From the human T2T-CHM13v2.0 reference genome, Homo sapiens: DNA of 64,000 nucleotides. The first letter of the stretch is position 1. Every line of letters starts with the position of its first letter. Shown here piece after piece: positions 46,975-61,549 of the stretch. The stretch is taken from NCBI RefSeq assembly GCF_009914755.1, contig NC_060932.1. One strand, written 5' to 3'. The notes below the pieces were generated by a model. The model saw only the letters and a list, made by a program, of their open reading frames with translations. It was not told the DNA's origin and made no database searches. The translations under genes were made by a program, and so were the position numbers.

Positions 46975-47990
46975 TCACAATTTGGCATGTTTTTGCAGTG
47001 GCTGGTACCGGTTGTTCCTTTCCATGTTTTGTGCTTCCTTCAGGAGCTCTTTTAGGGCAGGACTGGTGGTGACAGAATCTCTCAGCATTTGCTTGTCTGT
47101 AAAGGATTTTATTTCTCCTTCACTTAAGAAACTTAGTTTGGCTGGATATGAAATTCTGGACTGAAACTTGTTTTCTTTAGGAATGTTGAATATTGGCCCC
47201 CACTCTCTTCTGGCTTGTAGAGTTTCTGCGGAGAGATCAGCTGTTAGTCTGATGGGCTTCCCCTTGTGGGTAACCCGACCTTTCTCTCTGGCTGCCCTTT
47301 AAATTTTTTCTTCATCTCTACTTTGCTGAATCTGACAATTATGTGTCTTTGAGTTGCTCTTCTCGAGGAGTATCTTTGTGGCATTCTCTGTATTTCCTGA
47401 ATTTGAATGTTGGCCTGCCTGGCTAGATTGGGGAAGTTCTCCTGGATAACATCCTGCAGAGTGTTTTCCAACTTGGTTCCATTCTCCCCGTCACTTTCAG
47501 GTACACCAATCAGATGTAGATTTGGTCTTTTCACATAGTCCCATATTTCTTGGAGGCTTTGTTTGTTTCTTTTTATTCTTTTTTCTCTAAACTTCTCCTC
47601 TCGCTTCATTTCATTCATTTGATCTTCCATCACTGATACCCTTTCTTTCTATCGATCGAATCGGCTACTGAGGCTTGTGCATTCATCAGGTAGTTCTCCT
47701 GCCATGGTTTTCAGTTCCATTAGGTCCTTTAAGGACTTCTCTGCATTGGTTATTCTAGTTAGCCAGTCGTCTAATTTTTTTTCAAGGTTTTTAACTTCTT
47801 TGCCATGGGTTCAAACTTCCTCCTTTAGCTCGGAGTAGTTTGATCATCTGAAGCCTTCTTCTCTCAACTCATCAAAGTCATTCTCTGTCCAACGTTGCTC
47901 CATTGCTGGTGAGGAGCTGCTTTCCTTTGGAGGAGGAGAGGCACTCTGATTTTTAGAGTCTCCAGTTTTTCTGCTCTGTTTTTTCCCCAT
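46975..47990 (-). pseudogene. L1 ORF1 (RNA-binding protein), disrupted
   Basis: Start ATGGGGAAAAAACAGAGC at 47990, stop TGA at 46977-46975. Span 1016 nt is not a multiple of 3; frameshift near EMKKK and an apparent in-frame TAG near 47650. Confidence 0.88.
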
Positions 47991-49494
47991 CTTTGTGGTT
48001 TTATCTTCCTTTGGTCTTTGATGATGGTGATGTACAGATGGGGTTTTGGTGTGGATGTCCTTTCTGTTTGTTAGTTTTCCTTCTAACAGTCAGGACCCTC
48101 AGCTGCAGGTCTGTTGGAATTTGCTGGAGGTCCACTCCAGACCTTGTTTGCCTGGGTATCAGCAGCAGAGGCTGCAGAACAGTGGATATTGCTGAACAGC
48201 AAATGCTGCTGCCTGATCCTTCCTCTGGAAATTTTGTCTCAGAGGAGTACCTGGCCATCTGAGGTGTCAGACTGCCCCTACTGGGGATGCGTCCCAGTTA
48301 CGCTACTCAGGGGTCAGGGACCCACTTGAGGAGGCAGTCTGTCTGTTCTCAGATCTCAAGCTGCATGCTGGGAGAACCACTACTCTCTTCAAAGATGTCA
48401 GACAGGGACATTTAAGTCTGCAGAGGTTTCTGCTGTCTTTTGTTTGGCTATGCCCTGCCCCCAGAGGTGGAGTCTACAGAGGCAGGCAGGCCTCCTTGAG
48501 CTGAGGTGGGCTCCACCCAGTTCGAGCTTCCGGGCTGCTTTGTTTACCTACTCAAGCCTGGGCAATGGTGGGTGCCCCTCCCCCAGCCTCGCCACCGCCT
48601 TGCTATTTGATCTGAGACTGCTGTCTCAGCAATGAGCAAGCCTTCATGGGCGTAGGACCCTCAAAGCCAGGTGCAGGATATAATCTCCTGGTGTGCCATT
48701 TGCTAAGACCTTTAGAAAAGCACAGTATTAGGGTGGGAGTGACCCAATTTTCCAGGTGCCGTCTGTCACCCCTTTCTTTGACTAGGAAAGGGAATTCCCT
48801 GACCGCTTGCTCTTCATGGGTGGGGCGATGCCTTGCCCTGCTTCAGCTCATGCTTGGTGTGCTGCACCCACTGTCCTGCACCCACTGTCTGACACTCCCC
48901 AGTGACATGAACGAGGTACCTCAGTTAGAAATGCAGAAATCACCCATCTTCTGCATCCCTCACGCTGGGAGCTGTAGACTGGAGCTGTTCCTCTTTGGCC
49001 ATCTTGGCTCCACCCCTTACTCTCCTATTTTCTAATACAATTTAGAAAATGCATAACACTGAAGGCCTTGTGAATGATGTCACCATGTGCTTTGTGGTTA
49101 TCTAAGTTGGCGCAGTTTTTCACTTAGCATCATTGCATTACTTCCTACTATGCCAAAACCTAGTTGCGTTCTCTACTATCCTATTTAGCATTGAAATAGT
49201 CCTAGTGGACGTGTTTCAGTATCAGAGGTGGCAATCACATCTTCAGCTTGCTAATCATTCCAGGAATGAGCTTCCCATAAAGACGAAATATTTGGAGCTG
49301 TTGATTTCTCTCTTTCAGAAGTGGGAGGAAAGCCTGCAGATGACCCATCCCCATTGCCCATTATAGATGAGGCTACTAAAGGCCAGGGGTATTCAGAACA
49401 AACTGGATGCAGAACTGAAACCCGAGCCCAGGTCTCTTGGCTAAGCTCTAGCACTGCACTATCCTGCCCCCCTTGTATTCTACACTTCATGCTG

Positions 49495-49880
49495 GAGCCC
49501 TCCTGCTGCACTGTCTCACCCTACACACCCTCATCCTGCACTTCCTCATCCCATAGCCCCTCATTTTGTACTCCTTCCCTTGCACATCTCATCCTGGACC
49601 CCTTCACCTGTACCCCTCATTCTGTACTCCTCACCTGTATCCCTCATTCTGCACCTCTCTTCCTGGACCCCTCCCTCTGAATCCCTCACCCAGGCCTCTC
49701 CTCCCGTACTCGTCACTGAACCCCTCATCCTGTACCTCTCTTCCTGGACTCTCATCGTGGACTCCTAACCTGGACCCCCTCATCCTGCCCTCCTCACTGC
49801 ACCTCTCATCCTGGACTCGTGAACCTGTTTCCCTTGCCCTGTACCCCTCATCTTCACCCCTCATCCTACACTCCCTGACC
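49495..49880. repeat. Degenerate C/T-rich tandem array (motif approx. cccctcatcctgNac)
   Basis: More than 10 imperfect recurrences of ctcatcctg/ctcttcctg/ctcattctg followed by cac, tac or gac. Confidence 0.8.
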
Positions 49881-52800
49881 TTCAGCTCACATCACAACCT
49901 TTTTGCCAAAGTCTGAAGCTGCCTAACTTCTTCAGTTTCTCTCATTCTCAGTCTCAGATGGCACAAACTTTCTTTCTGCTCACTCCCTTTCCCAAGAGAA
50001 AAGCAGAAGAAACGGAGCTCCACATGCTCACATGTTAAAGCAAGAGATGATCTAAAAGAAACGCATTGGAGCTGAGTCATCAAAACCGCATGCCACGCCT
50101 GGCCGTTCCTGGCTTAGAGGCAAGAGGATATGTACGCGGTTTAAAAAACACAGGATGAATTTCAAGAATAGAATAGTCCCATCTATAACTTTTAAATCAG
50201 TAATGCAAAATATCATCCATTTCTAAGACAACACAATTCAGAAATTTTAACAAAGACTCTTGTTGAGATCATAAAAACTCGTAAAGGAAACAGAAATACC
50301 AAAGAAAAATAATAAAGGTAATGAGAAAATTGAAAGCAACAAATTCCAATTGAAAGGAAAAAACCTGTTTGTAAAAGTGGGTCCTTGTTGTATCCGATGC
50401 AGGGATCCCAGTGGTAAAGATGTGGGAGAATGTTATCACATTCACACACTCATGGAACACATGAGAAATGAGGAAGGCAGCCATATGGCTGGAAAAAAAT
50501 AGGAAGCTCATTCCAATTACAGAGCCTAAAATATCACCTAGAAGTACACCTTGTTAATTTCACAAGCTCTTTCATAATTCGCAAATATCATTATCAGAAC
50601 TTTCACTCTTACCTGAGACTAAAATACAGATTGGAGAACGTCTCCCAGGAAGTTTGCTCTAACGTGAGCCCCGCAGCGCTTAACCTCCGTGTCATTTCCA
50701 CTACATCTTATCTCAGTTTACTTTGACATGTAATCTGTGAGGATACATGTTGGGAAGGGAGAGTGGAATGTAGCTGGAGCTAACGGGCCACTAACACTGG
50801 AATTTAAATGTCAAATTTCTGCGTTAGAATTTAATGTTCTCCGGCACCACCTGCTCTCCTGGCTCATATGTGCTGATATATTTAAATATTTAATAATGGC
50901 TTATCTCACATTATTAAGAGGAATCTGTGCTTATAATTCATTCATGCAATATAACTCAGAAAAAAATGGAAATCAAGAGTCAATGGGTCTTCTGATATTT
51001 TTCTTAAAGTTAAGACTGTCCTGAATGTCAGCATATCTTCATACAAACTCTCCAACCCTGTCAACAAAAAAGGGTGATGACTGGAAACTCAATATCTTTC
51101 TAATATATAGTTTGTTGTTATTACTTGTTTGTTTTAATATCGTTTCAATAAAATCCTATGTTCATCTTATTCGTCTTGCGTTAAGACAACGGAACGCTAG
51201 TTGGCCTAGCTGGTAATTCACCTAAAGAAAACAATAGCAACAATGAACACATATAATCTATTAATTTCAGCTTCAAACACTTAATTATTAATATATTTGG
51301 TTTGTAAATGGCTCTTAATATCTTTGGTTACTAAATGGCTCACCAAGATGAAGACATTGTGTGCTCTGCAATGGTCTGGAGAAACAGGATTGAATAAAAT
51401 GGGGCTCTTTCTCAAGGACTCGAGGACACACAAAACACTCTAGGAAAACTGTTACCTTAGCTAAAAAGGAGCTGCTGCTGGTAGCCACAGGGAAACATTG
51501 GAAGGAATTTCCATCCCAGTGAGTTGTCCAGGAGAGAGGTGCAGCTCTCAAGCTGGGCCTTGGGGAAGGGAAGGGTTGTTTCCTACCCGCAAGGGTAGGA
51601 AGGACCCGCCCGGAGAGAAGGGAAGCGGCATGAGCGCCAGTGTGGGGGAGAACGATGGATGGGCACAGGATGGCAAGCACACAGCATGCTACACTGTGCT
51701 ACAGCACCCTGTGGCTCTTGAGAGGACACGTGATCTGGAAGAGGGGCAGAAATTCAGTGACTTGCTCTGTGGTGGCTGCACCGTGGTGGGGCACACGGGA
51801 GCCACAGGTGCACGAAGAGGCTGACTCATGGACCAGAGTGAGCAGGGTGAGGCGAGGAGAGACAGGCCGGTGTGTCCCTCACCCTGCTGGCTGACGTGGG
51901 GCACAGGGTACACAACACAGCGGCCGTAATATGACGGGAATCGCACGGTGGATCCTTCTCATCAAACTTCCTTGCAATGCAGCACCAGTGCCACAGGAAT
52001 ATGCACTTTTAAGCCCACCCTGACCTGAATCTCCGTCTATGAAGACCCCTGGGTGATCTCCACGCATGCGGCAGTCGGAGACAAGGATGAGAGCAGAGAA
52101 CATGATAAATGCAGGTACATGGGAGATCTGTGCAGAAATGCATCCCTTTGCCAACAGGGGAATTCAACCAATAGCAGCAGAGCACCCACCACTGAAGGGT
52201 AACTCCCGGACGGTCCAGGGGAGGTGGACTCAGAGAACCAGAGAGGGCACCGGATATACTTCAGGAATTGGGTTCCGAAAGGTCATCATTCAGGGACCCA
52301 AGCACTCAAGAATGAGGCTGCCGGCACATGAACAGATTTGGGTCCAGGAATCAGAGCAGCATCAACAACCAGAAACAGTCTGTGTTGACTCATTGGCTAC
52401 TGGGCTATAATTCCTCAAACGTACAAAAACTAAACTAAGACTTAAAAAAAAACTGGAGTGGTCCTAAGATTATTGATAAGGGTTAAATGGCCCATGATAA
52501 TGCTACAAAAATCTAAACAGTCCAGAAACTGGCTAAGAAACTCACTCACATTTTGCACATCTCTAAGGATGCAGCTATACAACCTGCAGCTTCTGCACAG
52601 CTGCACAGGTGTGGGGCATAAAGAGGTCCTTGCATTCCCAGAGCTTCTGTCTCCTGGGAAGAAAGGCAATTAAACAATTGTTGGGATGGAGGCAGCTCAG
52701 GGTGGTATAGGATTGTGTAGCAGCAAATCACATAATCTAGGATGTGAGGCTTATTGGGGAAAGTAAACTCTGAGATGAGACGGGAAGATCAGCAAATGAT

Positions 52801-54889
52801 CTACATGGTGAGTCCATAGAAGAATGATCCTTGTTGGGGAGATACGTGTGCAAAGGTAAAAGAGAGGAAAAAAGGAAGATTTGAAGATCAGGAAGTTCCA
52901 TGGGACAAACATCAAGTGTATGTGGGTGGTGGTGAGAGATGAAGATGGAATCTGGAAACCACTTTACAGAATATTCTGTGGACCCTGGGAAGGCTCCAAC
53001 CAATTTGAAACAGTGTAGGAACACTCTCTATGTTCATTTTTTTAAAAAAGATAATTCTGACTGGACCCCTGTGTGTGAGCAAAATAGAAGAGTTTAGTAG
53101 CGGGGAGAAATGAAGTTTCGACCACTACAGAGGCCGCCTAGAGGGGACACTGTGGAAGCCGACTAAGGGTAAGAGAATGAAGATAAACAGGAGGGATGGG
53201 ATAGAAGGATATTTACTAGACGGAACTGACCGAAATTCGTGGAGAAAAAGAGAACAGGATCATAAACCACCAATGTCGCTAAGAAGAAATAACACAAAAA
53301 CAATAATTATAAATCTGTTGTCCAAATTCTCAAAGAATATAGGGAGATTATTTTCCCCGGCTGCTAGACAATGATGCCGCACTCTGGGTAAGAACAGACA
53401 ATGCTGTGATGTGAGTCCCAGGTCAGGAAGCTTGTTCTAGAAGCAAAGAGCTAAGCACCAGGAAGGCAGACATGACCACTTGTGGTCCCAAGAATAGAAG
53501 GGCTAGTTTTGTTTCAAGGGATGTGGAGGGCAGTAACAATAAGTTTGTTCTTTAGCATATTAAATGGAATGGCAGTCCTCAGGAAAGCCCGTTGAGAGGA
53601 TATTTGAATTTACAGCACATGAGTTCATGTGACACGACTCTTTCCCTTGCATGGGCCTCACCGCAGACTCAGGTCCCACCATCAGATGCGGCCCTCATCG
53701 CTCTGCGGGACTGAGGCTGCTAGAGAGGGCTCATAGCTGCACACCTCTCAGGGAAGTGCTCAAACAAAGGCCTTAATTTAGAATAAAGAAGAAGATGCAA
53801 GGGCTACTGACCCCGAGACCTGGCATTCCTGCCACAGACTGCAAGTCCAGAAGGCTTTTGCTGGATAGAATGAGGGAATGCGCTTCTGAAGGCATGGCTG
53901 AGGAGCCAGCTTGGAGAGTATGCTGGGAAGGATGTGCTGCTGTCCTCTGGATGTGGTCTTCACCCTAAATCCACGGCCATAATGCTGTGTCAGTCCCCAG
54001 AGGCTGCAATACATGGGGCCAGGAACTGAGGAGGGGAAGCAGGAGTAGCTGTCTCACCTCCACCCCAGGAGCTGATTGAGATCTCTGCTCCCCGATCTCT
54101 CAAATTAGGCAATGTGGTTGTAGAGAACCTGCTTCTCAGAGGGGAGCTGTCTCCATCAGCAGGAAGAGGAAGGGCCCCATGAAACTGTAAGCTATCCCTG
54201 TGGCCCAGCATCTTCAAGATCCTCATGCCCAAGGCCTCACCAGTAATGGAAGCAGCCATCATCCTTGCAGGAGGACTGGCCCTAATCAGGAGAAAAAGCT
54301 GGGGCCATTGTCCCCAATGAGACAATACAGATGAGTGGGACGATTTATCCATGGGGACTCTCTTACGTGTGATAGAACACGGACAAGTCTAGCAGCCACA
54401 CCTGAGCAGTGCACTGTGAGCAGAGACCGAGGCCCTGTGAGGACTTGGGTCAGCATCGCCCTGCTGCAGAAGCCAACTAGCCCAGCTGAGAGGCCAGCTA
54501 AGGAGGCAGATCCTCACATGGGCCGGACAGGAGGGTGGCGGTGAGGTGAGTGTGTGTTACACGTGTTCCTAGGAAACGAGGCCAGTCAGAATCCTAGAGA
54601 AGCTGTTTCCAGATGGAGAATACTGACCAGTGCTAGTGCTGGGCTGTATTTGATCCCAAGGGCACCATTTGGGTGCTCTCTTCAGAATCCAGGCCCCCCC
54701 CCCACCTCCCAGCTGCTCGGGACCCACACTGCATTTCTTTTCAGGAATCATCCCAAGCAGTGTTCTGGTCCCTCCCTGGGGGCCACCCATGTCAATGGTC
54801 AATGGCACCAAGCCTGGCCCAATTGCTTCAGTTTGGAAGACTACACAGTGCCATCCTAGCTCCAGACCTCCCTGTAGCATCATTTAAGG

Positions 54890-55369
54890 CAAGGGTTCCC
54901 AACCCCCAGGCCAGGGACCAGTACTCGTCCATGGCCTGCTAGGAACTGGGCCACACAGCAGGAGGTGAGCAGCAGGCAACGGAGCATTACCACCTGAGCT
55001 CTGCCTCCCAGCAGATCAGCAGCAACATTACATTCTCCTAGGAGTGTGAACCCTATTGTGAACTGCACATGCGAGGGATCTAGGCTGCATGCCCTTTATG
55101 AGAATCTAATACCTGATGATCTGTCACTGTCTCCCATCACCCAGATGGGACTGTCTAGTTGCAGGAAAACAAGCTCAGGGCTCCCAATGATTCTACATTA
55201 TGGAGAGTTGTATAATTATTTTATTACACATTACATTGTAATAATAGAAATAAAGTGCACAGTAAATGCAATGCACTTCAGTCACCCTGAAATCATCACC
55301 TCTCCCAGTCCATGGAAAAACTGTCTACCTTAAAACCGGTCCCTTGTGCCAAAAAGGCTGGGGACTCTT
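54890..55369. mobile_element. MER1A (hAT-Charlie) DNA transposon
   Basis: TIR-like ends caagggttccc...ggggactctt; internal gaaccctattgtgaactgcacatgcgagggatctagg; 8-bp TSD atttaagg/atctaaga. Confidence 0.87.
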
Positions 55370-55380
55370 ATCTAAGAACC

Positions 55381-55738
55381 TGATGTGGTCTGACTGTTTG
55401 TGTCCCTCCAAATTCCTAAGTTGAAACCTAACCTCAAATTTGATGGTTTTCAGAGATGGGCCAGCCTTTAGAGCGTGATGACATGATGAGGGTGGAGCCC
55501 CTGTGAACAGGATTAGTGCCCTTGTGAAGGATGTCCAGGCTTGTGGCCTTGCGCTGTCCACCACGTGAGGACACAGTGAGAAGGCGCCATCTATGAACCA
55601 GGAAACGGTCCTCACCAGACACCAAATCTGCCACTGCCTTGATCGTGGACTTCCCAGAACTGTGAGAGATACAATTCCATTGTCGCCAAGCCAACTCTAT
55701 CTCCATATTCTGTTACGGCAACCTGAATGAACTAACTG
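55381..55738 (+). mobile_element. MLT1A-like MaLR solo LTR
   Basis: gtgtccctccaaattcc...gagggtggagccc...gtgaggacacagtgagaaggcgccatctatgaaccagg...ctcaccagacaccaaatctgc. Confidence 0.82.
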
Positions 55739-58669
55739 TGCACCTGTCGTGACTGGGCACTGTTCAACCTCTCCCTCCACCCAACTCCACTTCCTTCTCT
55801 GCCTTACAGACGATTCCAAGCACACTCCCAATACCTCCTGCTACACAAGTCACCAACTCAGGCTCTGCTTCCAAGAAAAAGGATAATTTGTCATAGACTT
55901 AAGTCAAGCCCTTGGAAAAAAATGTTAAATCCACCTTAGATATAAGGCTGTATGTGCTGTGAAAAAGGAGGTACACATTATAAACGCTTTGTGACAGTCA
56001 ACTGAGCATTCCCACAACATGTAAACAAAAGGTTATTTGAAGCCACGTCCTGCAGCTTCACCTTCTCTTTAGGGTTTTAGAAGTCACTACTATTCTGGCA
56101 GGCACTGTCTTGTCTGACTATGAATAGCGTATTGGCTTCATGCTCACAAGGACAGGGGCATGAGCTCACTTTCTACAAGGACCAGTGAGCTGTCCTCGGT
56201 TCAGGGACAGCACCCTGTGCCGTCATTGCACTTGGACGCTGTTCAATGTGCATAATTGCTCACCTAGAGAAGACGGGCGAGACTGGGCTGGGTAACTCAT
56301 GCCAGTACAACCACGCAAGACGAGAAGCACCTTCAAGATTACATAACATCAATGCTGTCTCAAAAGTTCCGTCTGCCAAGAATGGTAAAGATGCTGGTTT
56401 TTGAACCATCTCCTACATTCCTGTATTCAGTACAACACACAGCCTCACTTCCCCCATACACCCTAGGAGCACAGACCCTTGGCCACAGACTGAGATGCCT
56501 ACACAAATTTCCATTCTCTTATTATCACTGTATTCATCGGACGAAGGAGACAATTCCGTTTCTTGTATGAAATGGTGATGCTGAAGTCAAATAATTTTAC
56601 TGGAATCACTCTTAGTATTAGCCCAAAATAGGTCTTGTTTTGACTATACAGCAGCACATCACAGGAAACAGTTCCTTTAATTCACCCCCTGCTGGAATGT
56701 AAATAGCTACGGCAAATTACATGAAACATGATTTCTGGAGATGCAGTTCATCAACTAGTGTGATGAACTCGAACCGAATTTTTTTTTGTAACCAAAAATG
56801 CTTCAGAGTCAACTCACTTTACTATAGACAGAGAAGCCATAAAAACGTGGGACCACTACAATAGCAAACATGTAATTGCTTATAAAAATATCCAGGGATC
56901 AAGTTTGCTTCTTGTTAACTTCCTCATGGCTAGAAGCTGCAGTGGTTATGAGGGAACCCAACTTTCAATTGAGCATAGGGATTTTTCTTTATTTTCTGTG
57001 GACTAACAATCAGTTGCTATGAGATATATATTTTATTTTCAAATATAAAATGGAGAAACTATGCCCCGGACTCACATTATCTTTTCTTATATAGTATTCT
57101 GAGATTTACTATTTATATGGATTCTATCTATTATAAATATGATTTATAAATATATAAATAAATGATTTTTAAGTATATAAATTATACAATTATATATAGG
57201 TAGAATCTATATATATAGCAAATTTATATATAAATTGTATATGTAAAATTTGTTTTAAAAATATATACTAGTCATATAGAGTTTGCTTATGAATGGTCAG
57301 TGTTGCTTTATATGGCTCTATCATAATTAATTTACATCCTGCTTCTTAGCATTTGGGCTTTTGAACAGATTATTTTTAATTCAGTATTTTCATTTGTAAA
57401 ATGGTTTTAAACAAAGCTTACCTCTCTCCCATTACTTTCTGACACTTAACATGATCTCCCTCAAGAGCTCTCTTTGTTTTTTAAACTTTGCATTTTTTTC
57501 CCCATAATTTGCTTAGGGGAAATTATCAATTCACACTCTCTCTCTCTCGTTCTGTGTATAATAGCTATAGATAATACACATGCTCATAAGTATGAACAGG
57601 CTTATATACTAGGGAATATGTATAACACATACTGTATAACATACACATGCCAACTGAAGTCTAGCAAGAGCGTTTGTTTCTGTGAATTGTTCTTCTGTGT
57701 TTGCTGCTGGGGCCTCACCAGCAGGGATCCCTGTTGTTTTTCAGTCTCTGAGCTCCTCCCTGCCTATCCTCCACTCACTGTGATTTTCAGGGGATGCACA
57801 GGCCCTGGTTTTCATTTCTCCACCCTACTTGCTTTCTGAAAAATGCTCCTAAAAGGGTCCATTAACTGAGTAGACCCTCCAGGCATCTTGAGGGGATGGA
57901 GGAGAGAGGATTGTCTTTGGGGAGTTAGAGACAGCACAAATGGAGAAATCTCACATATGCCCAAGCCTACGAGCCCGGGAATGATGGAGGCCACAGGTGG
58001 GTAGAGTGGACCCAAGGTCCTCCTGGTCCACGTGTCCTGAGGCAGCCCCCTCACCATTACTGTGTGTGCTGGCAGGGGGTAGTGGGGGTGCCAGGAAAGC
58101 ATCCTCCAGGGAGATTTTCTCAGAGACAACAGTGCCCAAGGTAGCAGAGACCGTGAACATCTTAGGGTTAGAAGTGTGATCCGAAGATTTGAGGGTCCCC
58201 GAAATATTTTACACTACTCAGGCTATTCCTGATTTCTTGTCAAGGTTGGAGTAGGTAGGTCAGTAAGGGTTGACATGGGTGGCCTTTGGTAATGAGTGAG
58301 GTTACAATGATAGCTACTTTCTTAGGATGGAGTCTCAGAAATTCAAGTCGATGTTAAAATAAGATGATGTGGCATTTCTTGCATAGCAGTTTGTCTAGGG
58401 TTTGTAGTCTGAGGGACTGACTGTGACTCCAGGTATGAGAGGGCACACACTGAAAATTTCTGGGGAAACTATGAGAAAATGTCGAGAGCTGTTGCCTCAG
58501 AGGAAGTTAACTGGCTCAGCTAGAAGCTGGAGAGAAGGGGTGCTTACAATTCATCTAAACACCCCTCAGTTGGGTTTACATGTCTTACTGTGCACACTAT
58601 TATTTATATAATGAAAACATCATGTTTGTAGAAAAAATCTCAAAATTAAAATGAAAATGCAAACAGAAA

Positions 58670-58900
58670 TAAGAGCTCGCATTTCTTAAGTTCTTACTCC
58701 ATGTGTTATGAGCCTTACATGTTTTACTCAGTTGATTTTTCAATAAAATTATGAAGCAGTTGTGATTACTAGGACTTTTTTTTTTAATGACGAGTCTGAT
58801 ACACAAAGGGTTTAAATAACTTACACTAAGGTTCAGTTACTGGGCAGCAGAACCAGTATTCAGGGGAGTACAGCTCCAGAGCCTGTGTTCCTAACACTAG
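58670..58900 (-). mobile_element. MIR SINE fragment
   Basis: gggtttaaataacttacactaaggttc...agcagaaccagtattc...ctccagagcctgtgttcctaac. Confidence 0.55.
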
Positions 58901-58980
58901 ATGTTAGTGAAAATCAGGCAACATCAAAACGTAGAACATTTAACTCTATGTGAATATATGCTGTATATATTTTCTGATAA

Positions 58981-59299
<319 letters not shown>

Positions 59300-61204
59300 G
59301 TTTTCTGATAATATAATTTATGAATAACTTTGCTTTGAGTCAAATAATATAAAATTATGTATACGCATAAAGGTCACTTTTATAAGTGATTTGCACTTTG
59401 TCTTCAACTGTTAGCTTAATATAGTACTCTGGAAATATGCATTTTTAGAATGTCTTCTACTGTTATAATCTCTTAATTTTTTAAAATCCTCAAATGTTGT
59501 ATTGGTTAATGGTTTTAATTACCTTTTTGCCTTTGGACTATTCTTTTGTCAAAGATAACACATGACATTGAATTGGCCATCTCTCAAGGACTGATGGCCA
59601 TTCACGTTTTTATGACATCTCATGAAAAGCCATCTCAGGGTGGCTACTGAGACTCTTACCACAGCACTAATTAGGGTAAAATGTAATTATAATTAATGTG
59701 GTGTGGTCATTCACTGTGAAATATGACACATAGAAGAATGTTTACCTTTTATTGGGACTACTTATGTCTCTTCATAGTCAAGGATGCAGTTTGGGCACGA
59801 GGTTCCTCTCCTATTCCTGGTACCATAAACCTCATGATGTGTATCTCAATGCTGCTGAGATGAATTTACTGCAATTTGCCCTGTTGGGAAGTGTCTGGTA
59901 TTTCACTGATGATTTCAGATTCTACCAAAGGCAGCAGCAAATGCAGGTCATGTGGAAAATATGATATCTCCACCATACTTTCCTGAATAACTGCACAGTC
60001 ACATAAAAGTTCAATTGAAGGTCAGGTCTAAAAATTCAAATGTCAGGAGGTATTCAGCAGTTGCCTCTGCATTCTAGTTTTAGTCATTGAAAGGGATGTA
60101 AATATACATTTTTTGTCGTAGTATTTCTTATTCACAAGGGTCATTAAGTCCCCAACACACCCCGTGTGTCAGCAAGGAGGGACCCTATTTTATGCTTTGT
60201 AGATGAGGATACTCCGGGGTGGGCCCACACACCAAGAGACCCTTTAATATTGTGACCCTTTATCCCACACAGAGAGAGAGAGCAGCCAAGGTGTGGCGTG
60301 TTCACTCACATGGACTCATGACAATGTCCCTTACCATGCTTGTTGATTTAGGATTGGTGGATGCTTTTTTATTATCTCCTTCATTGATTTCATGGGTAAT
60401 AACTTCTTGTTACATTTTTCAGCTCCTAAAACTATTCCTATGGTATACACTTGGGAAATAAGAACATACTGCCTATTTACTCAAATTCAAAAAGTAGAAT
60501 AAAATACAGTTCCAACAGCTCCAGATAAATATTCTCATTTTTACCTAAACACATACACATCTATCGGTTCAAATACTTTAAGGAACTCAGTTACCAATGA
60601 AGGAACCAATAAGATATTTTAAAAACTATTTCAAAGGAGAATCCAAAGATCACAACTATATAGACAATCAGAAATACTGAAATAAACTTGCTAATCCATT
60701 TAAAAGTAATCAATATCCACAGGACAATAATTAATGGGATCTTTTTCACAGGAAATTCATTTGCATTTCAATGGTTCAGAAATTGTTTGCATTGCTATCA
60801 GTTTTCTATAACTTGTAAAGTTGTAAACTAGCTCAAAAACAATGACAGGCACAGGGCTTTCATTTCAAATATTTGAATTTGGCTCATAAAAATTTATAAT
60901 TGTAAGTATTTTCAGATTCACTATATTGTCTTTTCTATGTTTGCTCACATAAAAGAAGGTTTTCAGAGACACCAGCCAATATGATATGGTCAAAAGATCC
61001 CCACATATGCCCACACTTCCTAGCTTACACCTAATACTTCACCTCACTCTTTATTTTGGGATAATCAGAGCACATATCATGGCAAGCCGAGTTTTCAGAA
61101 GTTAAACATTCTCATTCACGAAAGCGAGTGTTAGTAGACTTTAAGGAAGTTCCCGTCATGATTCCTATTTATCAGCATTGTTTGACTTGTTGATTTTACT
61201 TCTA

Positions 61205-61549
<345 letters not shown>

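Noticed and set aside
53118-53150. CTCF-like motif (cgcctagaggggac); similarly ccagcagaggaggc at 20114
   Set aside because: Two to three mismatches at high-information positions; not supportable without ChIP data.
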